Source: Candidatus Methanomethylophilaceae archaeon (GTDB lineage: Archaea; Thermoplasmatota; Thermoplasmata; Methanomassiliicoccales; Methanomethylophilaceae). From it: DNA of 64,000 bases. The translations under genes and the position numbers were made by a program. Shown piece by piece: positions 57,446 to 64,000 of this stretch. The stretch spans positions 72,705-136,704 of the forward strand of contig JBMNQN010000002.1 of NCBI GenBank assembly GCA_050944155.1. Reading direction: 5' to 3'. Numbering within the stretch: the first letter of the stretch is position 1; each line of letters opens with the position of its first letter. The notes beneath the pieces are model-generated. The model ran no database searches. It was not told the DNA's origin and was given only the letters and a program-made list of their open reading frames with translations.

Positions 57446-58441
57446 TCACCGGCTCTTTTCGCACAGCTGTGCGACTCTGTACGTAAATTCGGAAGCGGTA
57501 AGATCTCCGCCGGTGTCTTTGGTTCTGAGTCCCTTTCTGTAAGCGGAACGCAGCGCGTTGCGGACTTTGTCTCCCTCGAGATACATGCCGACGCCGTCCA
57601 GAGCCATGGCGGCCGCGAGTATGCAGCCGGTGGGGTTTGCGGAATCCTTTCCCGCGAGCTCCTCCATGGGGCCGTGTACGGGCCCGAACATTCCCGTTCC
57701 GTCCCTGACGTATCCGGCGCAGGAAAGGTACGACCCTCCGCACATTCCGCTCAGCATTCCCGACAGAGTGTTACCGTAGGGAGCGGGAGTGACCAGAACG
57801 TCGGCGAAAGCCGGGTCAAGAACTATGCGGGAAGCGGCTTCGCAGACTTCCATATCGTCGATGACGAATTCGGATGCGGCAAACTCTTCGTAAAAGAGGT
57901 CCACGAACATGGAATCCATCGCCGGGTTGAGTTCGGAATCTTTGACGCACAGGATTTTGCGCCTCTGTTTTTCCGAAGCGATTTTTTCTATCATTCTGAA
58001 TACTCTGCGACAGCCGGCAACGTCGAGGTAAGTTTCGGAAGATACCCCGTCCACCGTTTCCATTTCCGAAATGGTGCCGAAAGTGAAGGGGTTCCAGGTC
58101 ATGAGCATGCAGTCCAGGCCCTGGGTTCCGGATTTTTCCGTAAGAGACTGGAATCTCTTGACCACCGTGCTCATGTCAAGCTGTTTTCTGAGAACCATCA
58201 GAGGATCTCTGTACCCCTTTTCTTCCGGTCCGACGACGGGAGTGGCGATTATCGCATCGCATTTCGAAGCCGAAACCATGGTTTCCGGCGGAAGATAATA
58301 TCCGGTTTTCCTGTATGCTTCCGCTCCTATCACGCCGTAGGATATCTCCAGATCCTTCGTTACCGCATCTATTACGGATACGGCCGCGTCGGTAACCTCT
58401 TTTCCGATTCCGTCGCCCGGGAGGATAAGGATTTTTTTCAT
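57446..58441 (-). CDS. Isocitrate/isopropylmalate dehydrogenase-family protein with degenerate active site
   Basis: LPGDGIGKEV, LRKQLD, PVHG...LAGK..ANP, T.D.GG; catalytic motifs altered. Confidence 0.85.
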   Translation of the reverse strand: MKKILILPGDGIGKEVTDAAVSVIDAVTKDLEISYGVIGAEAYRKTGYYLPPETMVSASKCDAIIATPVVGPEEKGYRDPLMVLRKQLDMSTVVKRFQSLTEKSGTQGLDCMLMTWNPFTFGTISEMETVDGVSSETYLDVAGCRRVFRMIEKIASEKQRRKILCVKDSELNPAMDSMFVDLFYEEFAASEFVIDDMEVCEAASRIVLDPAFADVLVTPAPYGNTLSGMLSGMCGGSYLSCAGYVRDGTGMFGPVHGPMEELAGKDSANPTGCILAAAMALDGVGMYLEGDKVRNALRSAYRKGLRTKDTGGDLTASEFTYRVAQLCEKSR

Positions 58442-58448
58442 ACCGCCC

Positions 58449-59390
58449 TCAGAGGAGTCTGTCCGCCAGACCCGCGTAGATCAGCGGAAGAGTTATGGTC
58501 GCGTCGCCTTCCACCGTCATCTTTTTGGCGTTGCTCTTTACCTTTCCCCAGGATACGGCTTCCCTGATGGCGGCTCCGGAAAGGGAACCGTCGTATTCCT
58601 GTGCCGTGGTGAGGTAGATGCAGTAGTCAAGTCCACCGCGGAACTGGCTCCACCAGATAACGTGGTGTTTCGATATTCCGCCGCCGATGATTATGGCTCC
58701 GACGTATTTCGCGTCGTTGGTTATCTCGTTGAGGAACTGTTCGTCTCCGAAAAGGTCGATTCTGAGTTTTCTGTGCATCTGATAGTACATCCAGAGCTGA
58801 CAGCCGAAAGAACCGTCGGTTATTCCGGGGACGACGATGGGGACGTTGTGTTTGTGGCACTGATAGAGAAGGCTGTCTTCCGAGGGCATTCTCTTTCCCA
58901 CTTCGCTGATAATTTCCCGGGTGGTCATGTCCAGTCTGTCTTTGAAAATATCTTCGAACATGGGCAGAAGATTGTCTTCGAGGACCTCCCCGTAACAGGA
59001 ATCGGGAACCAGAACGTTCCCCAGTCTGCTGACGCTGTGTTTCCTGAGGTTGGCGTCGTTCATCATGAAGTCCCCTTTGTAGTAGTGGGCGTAGGTTCTG
59101 GATATGTCGTGGTCAAGGGTTCCGCAGGTCGTTATGATCAGGTCCACCATTCCGTTTTTCACCATGTCGATTATGACGCCGCGGGTACCGGTTGCCATTA
59201 TGCAGGCGGGGAAGGAGAGAATTTTGAGGCAGTCTTTTTTCTTAATCATCCTTTCCGCTATGTCTGTCGCTTCGGACAGTTTCCGGGCGGTGAATCCTCC
59301 CGCTTTGCCCATGGATCTGAGCATCTGGTCTACGGTCATTCCTTTGGTAACTTTGATGTCCTCTACGGGAATCAATTTGAGTTCTGCCAT
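58449..59390 (-). CDS. dys: Deoxyhypusine synthase
   Basis: RLGNVLVP, PGITDGSFG, GGGISKHH, DGSLSGA..EAVSWGK, GDAT. Confidence 0.95.
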   Translation of the reverse strand: MAELKLIPVEDIKVTKGMTVDQMLRSMGKAGGFTARKLSEATDIAERMIKKKDCLKILSFPACIMATGTRGVIIDMVKNGMVDLIITTCGTLDHDISRTYAHYYKGDFMMNDANLRKHSVSRLGNVLVPDSCYGEVLEDNLLPMFEDIFKDRLDMTTREIISEVGKRMPSEDSLLYQCHKHNVPIVVPGITDGSFGCQLWMYYQMHRKLRIDLFGDEQFLNEITNDAKYVGAIIIGGGISKHHVIWWSQFRGGLDYCIYLTTAQEYDGSLSGAAIREAVSWGKVKSNAKKMTVEGDATITLPLIYAGLADRLL

Positions 59391-59491
59391 TTTTGCACCG
59401 GATACGGCGATTACCCGGGCCGATAAAAGGGTTCCTACTGAGCCGCAAAGTCCGCGAAAAAGAATTAATCCTCAGCGCCGATGGGCTTTCC

Positions 59492-59959
59492 GTGATAATA
59501 GCAGGACGGGATAGGGAATACGGCGATCTGCCGGAATCCCTCAGAAAGAAAAGAGTTTTGATTTGGACCTGCAACACCTGCGTCAGAATATGCGGGGGCG
59601 TGGGAGGAACGGAAGCCGCCGAGAGGCTGGCTTCGAAGCTTTCGGAAGACGGAATAGAGATTACGGGAGTTCTTTCCGTATCCGCGTCCTGCATAGCATC
59701 CAAGGTACGCGCCAAATGCGACAGTAAAATTCTTTCGGAAACCGACGTGATTTTTTCTCTGACGTGTCCCCTGGGGGCGGTTTGTGCCGGGAGCGTGCTG
59801 TCCAAAGACGTTTTCAATCCTCTGGAAATCGCGGGAATCGGATACATGGACGAAGAAGGAAATCCCATAACGGTCGTAGATTCCTGCGAATACAGGGAAA
59901 TCGCCGACGCGGAAGAAACCGCCGAAGAGATGGGAATTAAACTTTCTCCGTTCGTCTGA
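59492..59959 (+). CDS. Cys-motif protein resembling the N-terminal part of MetV (MTHFR partner)
   Basis: VLIWTCNTCVRICGGVGG, SASC, SLTC.LG; start assigned to GTG 59492. Confidence 0.6.
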   Translation: MIIAGRDREYGDLPESLRKKRVLIWTCNTCVRICGGVGGTEAAERLASKLSEDGIEITGVLSVSASCIASKVRAKCDSKILSETDVIFSLTCPLGAVCAGSVLSKDVFNPLEIAGIGYMDEEGNPITVVDSCEYREIADAEETAEEMGIKLSPFV

Positions 59960-59973
59960 AAAAAATACTGTAA

Positions 59974-59989
59974 CGGGGGTTTCCCCCCG
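59974..59989. terminator. Hairpin between convergent genes (hppA terminator)
   Basis: CGGGGG-TTTC-CCCCCG with a T7 run downstream on the minus strand. Confidence 0.55.
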
Positions 59990-59998
59990 CGAATATGT

Positions 59999-62158
59999 TT
60001 AAAGTACGTACAGAACCGCGGTGACGAGACAGATCGTCGACAGCAGTTTGATGAGCACGTGTATCGAAGGTCCGGCGGTGTCCTTGAAGGGGTCTCCGAC
60101 GGTATCTCCCACGACCGCAGCGGCGTGTGCGGGCGAGCCTTTTCCTCCGTGCTCTCCGGATTCGATGTACTTCTTCGCGTTGTCCCAGGCTCCTCCTCCG
60201 TTGTTGAGGAAGTTGGCCATGAGAACTCCCACGATGGTGGCGACCATGATCAGACCGCCCACGGCTGCGTGGGCGTCGTCCGCAAGAGTGTCCGGCAGGA
60301 CCCACTTGAACAGAAGTCCGAAGGTTATGGGGACCACAATGGGCAGTATTGCGGGAAGCACCATCTGTCTGAGTGCTCCGCGGGTGGCGATGTCTACGCA
60401 GCTCGCGTAATCGGGCTCGGAAGTGCCGGCCATTATGCCGGAATCTTCCCTGAACTGTCTGCGCACTTCTTCGATCATCTTTCCGGCGGCTTTGCCCACC
60501 GAGCTTATTGCCAGAGACGCGAAGTAGAACACGAGAACGGCACCGACGAGTCCTCCGACGAATATCAGGGGGTTGCCGAAGTCCACCTGCATCGCATCAA
60601 CCAGAGGAATGCCTTTGATTTCTCCGACGATTTCGAAGTAAGCGGCGAACAGAAGGAAGGCCGCAAGAGCCGCGGAGGCCATGGCGTATCCTTTGGTGAG
60701 CGCTTTGGTGGTGTTTCCGGAAGCGTCCAGAAGGTCGGTTCTGTCTCTGACTTCTTCGGGCTGTCCGCTCATTTCGACGATTCCGCCCGCGTTGTCGGTG
60801 ATAGGTCCGTAAGTGTCCTCGGCGAGGATGAAAGCGGACGAACCCAGCATGGCTATGGTTCCGACGGCGGTTCCGTAGAGACCGAAAATAATTCCCTCTC
60901 CCGGTATGGGAGAGGCGTAGTATCCGAGAACGAAGGTTCCGCATATAGCCAGACAAATGCATATGACCGGTGCGAGGGTGGATTCGAGACCCACGGATAT
61001 GCCGGATATGACGTTGGTGGCAGGGCCGGTCTCCGAAGATTCCGCGATGGATTTGACGGGGTTGTGGTCTCCGGTGTAGTACTGGGTTATGTAAACCACG
61101 GCGAGGGCAAGAATGATGCCTATTATTCCGCATCCGGCGAAATAGGCCCAGTTTTCGCACTCGTCCTTAAGGAGCCAGTATACCGAAAACACTGTTCCGG
61201 CTATGACTAGAGCCATAGTAACGTAGTATCCGCGGTTGAGGGCGGAGAAAACTTCTTTGTCGGATTCTCTGAGCCTTACAACGAGTATGCCCACAAGGGA
61301 GGCTATGAGACCGAAGGCCATCATGACCATGGGAAGGAAGACCCAGTTGTTGGTGAGAATCGTCGAGAGTTTGATGACGGCAAGTCCGATGACCATGGAT
61401 CCGATGATTTCGGCTGCGGTGGATTCGAATATGTCGGCACCTCTTCCGGCGCAGTCTCCCACGTTGTCGCCAACAAGGTCTGCTATGACGGCGGGGTTTC
61501 TGGGGTCGTCTTCGGGAATTCCCTTCTCGACTTTTCCCACAAGGTCGGCACCAACATCGGCGGCTTTGGTGTAAATTCCTCCGCCCAGCTGAGCGAAAAG
61601 TGCCGCGAAGGATGCTCCGAACGCGTAGCCCACCACGTAGTGGAGGGTCTGGACCATTTCTCCGTAAACCGCATAGTATGCGAGGAAGACCATGAAAAGA
61701 CCCAGAATGCTGAGGGTGGAGACGGCTATGCCGGACACGGCTCCTCCGCGGAACGCGCATTTGAAGGCGTCTCCGAGGGAATCGCGGGCCGCGCTGGCAG
61801 TTCTGATGTTCGTTCTCACGGACACGATCATTCCGATGAAACCGGAGAGGATTGAGAATCCCGCACCGATAAGGAATGCGATGGCCACGGGGTATCCGAG
61901 ATATTTCTCGGTGGATTCGGGTATTCCCGCAAGGGCGATAATTATTGCAACGATTATGCTGATTATTCCTATTGTTTTGTACTGGCGCTTCAGATATGCC
62001 ATTGCTCCCGTTTCGATGGCATCGGATATCTTCTGCATCTCGGGCGTTCCCCTGTCGCGCTTTTTAAGGTCGAAGAGGAAATAGAGAGCGAAGACCAATG
62101 CAATCGCGACGGCAACAGGGATCATGAAGAGAAGATTTTCTGTTGTTATCTCGATCAT
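59999..62158 (-). CDS. hppA: Membrane-bound ion-translocating pyrophosphatase
   Basis: GGGIYTKAADVGADLVGKVE, EDDPRNP, GNTTKA, GGAWDNAKK, GDTVGDPFKDTAGP; GAGGT RBS. Confidence 0.96.
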   Translation of the reverse strand: MIEITTENLLFMIPVAVAIALVFALYFLFDLKKRDRGTPEMQKISDAIETGAMAYLKRQYKTIGIISIIVAIIIALAGIPESTEKYLGYPVAIAFLIGAGFSILSGFIGMIVSVRTNIRTASAARDSLGDAFKCAFRGGAVSGIAVSTLSILGLFMVFLAYYAVYGEMVQTLHYVVGYAFGASFAALFAQLGGGIYTKAADVGADLVGKVEKGIPEDDPRNPAVIADLVGDNVGDCAGRGADIFESTAAEIIGSMVIGLAVIKLSTILTNNWVFLPMVMMAFGLIASLVGILVVRLRESDKEVFSALNRGYYVTMALVIAGTVFSVYWLLKDECENWAYFAGCGIIGIILALAVVYITQYYTGDHNPVKSIAESSETGPATNVISGISVGLESTLAPVICICLAICGTFVLGYYASPIPGEGIIFGLYGTAVGTIAMLGSSAFILAEDTYGPITDNAGGIVEMSGQPEEVRDRTDLLDASGNTTKALTKGYAMASAALAAFLLFAAYFEIVGEIKGIPLVDAMQVDFGNPLIFVGGLVGAVLVFYFASLAISSVGKAAGKMIEEVRRQFREDSGIMAGTSEPDYASCVDIATRGALRQMVLPAILPIVVPITFGLLFKWVLPDTLADDAHAAVGGLIMVATIVGVLMANFLNNGGGAWDNAKKYIESGEHGGKGSPAHAAAVVGDTVGDPFKDTAGPSIHVLIKLLSTICLVTAVLYVL

Positions 62159-62432
62159 CAGGCTTACCTCTGATTTTAAATTCGTTAAACGCTCCTCATA
62201 TAAATTAACTGCCACGGGACACCGGCGAAAGGATAATTATTAACGCCGTTATACCGAAATCTTCCTTAACCATACTTTTTATGTCTGGCACATACGTTCC
62301 GAAGCGTTGCGGAACTTTCTTCGGAAACGTTTTGTACGGTTCGGTGTTTCCGGCGCAGAATATATATGAATCCCGCGTGCGAATCAATTTATATAAGATA
62401 GGTCTAATCCCCACATTCAGGAGAACCACCGC

Positions 62433-62999
62433 ATGTATATGATGACAGAGGCCGAAAGAAATGTCCGCATTCCTCCGAGAGATCTCGGAGAGGACATGAA
62501 GGAAGCCATAGACAACCTTACCTGGGATACCTTCGAAGGCAGATTCAACGAGGACAAATCGATCACGGTCTTGATCGACAACGTTCGCCCCGTGGGTCCC
62601 GGTCGCATAGTCCACGGAGACGGAGCCGTTTACCAGACCGTGAAGTACAGACAGCTCGTTTACAAACTGAAGGACAACGAGGTCGTTGAGGGAGTAGTGG
62701 TGGAAATCCTCAGATTCGGCGCCTTCATCAGATTCGGACCCCTCGACGGACTGCTGCACATAAGCCAGGTCATGGACGACCGTGTCGACATAGACGAAAC
62801 CAACCAGCGCCTGGTGGGAAAGGAAACCGGACGTTCCCTTTCGGTGGGAGACATCGTCAGGGCGAGAGTCGTGAGCATGGATCTTAACGAGAAAAACCCC
62901 CAGGACAGCAAAATCGGACTTACGATGCGCCAGCCCGGACTCGGAAAGCTCCAGTGGATCGAAGAAGACAACGCCAAGAAAAAGGAGAGTGAGGCCTGA
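62433..62999 (+). CDS. rpoE1: RNA polymerase subunit Rpo7 (E')
   Basis: VRIPP, GDGAVY, FGAFIRFGPLDGLLHISQ, LTMRQPGLGK. Confidence 0.96.
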   Translation: MYMMTEAERNVRIPPRDLGEDMKEAIDNLTWDTFEGRFNEDKSITVLIDNVRPVGPGRIVHGDGAVYQTVKYRQLVYKLKDNEVVEGVVVEILRFGAFIRFGPLDGLLHISQVMDDRVDIDETNQRLVGKETGRSLSVGDIVRARVVSMDLNEKNPQDSKIGLTMRQPGLGKLQWIEEDNAKKKESEA

Positions 63000-63190
63000 T
63001 GGCAGGACCGGTACTCAAAGCGTGCAAAAACTGCAACTACATTTCCGAAGAAGACGCCTGTCCCCGCTGCGGAGGACAGACTTCCAAAGAATGGCAGGGA
63101 TATCTTAACGTGGTGGATTACACAAAATCGGACATTGCGAAACGCATGAACATAACCACCAACGGCAGATACGCCCTGAGGGTCCGTTGA
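62999..63190 (+). CDS. spt4: Transcription elongation factor Spt4 (RpoE'')
   Basis: KACKNC...CPRCG, SKEWQG, GRYALRVR. Confidence 0.94.
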   Translation: MAGPVLKACKNCNYISEEDACPRCGGQTSKEWQGYLNVVDYTKSDIAKRMNITTNGRYALRVR

Positions 63191-63699
63191 TTCGGATGGC
63201 CAAGGGCGACAGACTGCTTCCCGAAGACAAACGCGAATTGTTCGGGAGGCCGATCGGAAGACCCCTTGACGAAAGCGAATTGAACGGACTGAAAGATTCG
63301 AAACTCGTTACGGTCGGCGACGTGGTATCGCTGGTCGTCAGAAAACACGGCATAGTGCCTTTCCTTTCCGTCTACGACGGAAAGACCGAAAGACACGCAA
63401 TGACGGAATTCTCGTCCATGGTCGAGGAAAACGGCTGGGACGCGGTTTCCGTGAGAAACCCTCCGAAGATGATAACCGCGGAGCTGGTGGAAGCCGTAAA
63501 AAACGCCTTCGAGGGCGGCGTACGCCTGATAAAAGTCGACGGAGAGGAAGATCTGGCCACAGTGGTTTGTATGCTTCTCGCTCCGCTCGGAACCGATATC
63601 GTGTACGGATGGCCCGGGAAAGGGATGATGCTCGTAACCACGGACGGGAACATCCGAAAAGAAGCAGAAACACTCATGGAAATGATGGAGGAGCTGTAA
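63187..63699 (+). CDS. GTP-dependent dephospho-CoA kinase (DUF359)
   Basis: TVGDVV, YDGKTER, NPP..IT, DGEEDLA, YGWPGKG; usual position in the rpoE operon. Confidence 0.88.
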   Translation: MIRMAKGDRLLPEDKRELFGRPIGRPLDESELNGLKDSKLVTVGDVVSLVVRKHGIVPFLSVYDGKTERHAMTEFSSMVEENGWDAVSVRNPPKMITAELVEAVKNAFEGGVRLIKVDGEEDLATVVCMLLAPLGTDIVYGWPGKGMMLVTTDGNIRKEAETLMEMMEEL

Positions 63700-64000
63700 T
63701 GAAAATAGAGATTAGCCAGCAGAAGAAAAATCCTCTCCAGAAGAGGAACGAAGTATACTTCACGGTGGACCACACCGGAGAGAGTACTCCCAAGAGGAAC
63801 GCGGTAGCCGAGGAGCTCGCCAAAATCCTCAAGGTCAAAAGGGACTGCGTGGTCATCGACCGCATGGACACCAAATACGGACACGGACGTTCCGAAGTAT
63901 ACGCAAAAGCCTACGACAGCAAAGAAGCGGCCCTCGAATTCGAGAACCCTTACCTTCTGAAGAGGAACGGAATCGAAGCCGGAGCCAAGGAAGAACCCAA
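63699..64000 (+). CDS. rps24e: 30S ribosomal protein S24e (runs off the window)
   Basis: MKIEISQQKKNPLQKRNEVYF...STPKR...YAKAYDS...E..YLLKRN. Confidence 0.93.
   Translation, partial: MKIEISQQKKNPLQKRNEVYFTVDHTGESTPKRNAVAEELAKILKVKRDCVVIDRMDTKYGHGRSEVYAKAYDSKEAALEFENPYLLKRNGIEAGAKEEP

Noticed and set aside
56333-58567. 744-aa plus-strand ORF, the longest in the track
   Set aside because: Antisense to three recognisable minus-strand genes; no motifs.
1-64000. CRISPR array, IS elements, rRNA, pyl operon or amber-interrupted genes
   Set aside because: None seen; intergenic gaps are too short to hide them.

Overview
Gene-dense archaeal chromosome segment, most likely from a Methanomassiliicoccales methanogen. 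The evidence is mcrBDGA without internal mcrC, no mtr/H4MPT genes in the window, two MtaA-family methyltransferases and near-total amber-stop avoidance. About 73 CDS (two truncated by the window edges), tRNA-His, tRNA-Leu and a type A RNase P RNA. Main blocks: tetraether lipid genes (tes-ferredoxin-GGR, mvk); rpl10e-dph2-mtxX-queDCE; an Fe-S locus (NifB/NifX-like, Mrp, SufCB/SmsCB, Isf); RNA/DNA repair genes; a ~20 kb MCR supercluster (mtaA, mcrBDGA-DUF2098, a divergent wHTH-DUF2111 operon, atwA-mcrC-mmp3/6/5/15/17/7, an FAD protein, a metal ABC transporter); hppA; and the rpoE operon. Most striking: (i) an IPMDH/IDH-family protein lacking almost all catalytic residues, (ii) a GlcD-like flavoprotein without its metal/catalytic site next to the MCR activation operon, (iii) a Tes lacking its N-terminal auxiliary Fe-S motif but followed by a ferredoxin, and (iv) an uncharacterised regulator operon inside the MCR cluster. 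Family calls rest on recalled motifs; no database searches were run. No CRISPR array or intact mobile element was seen.
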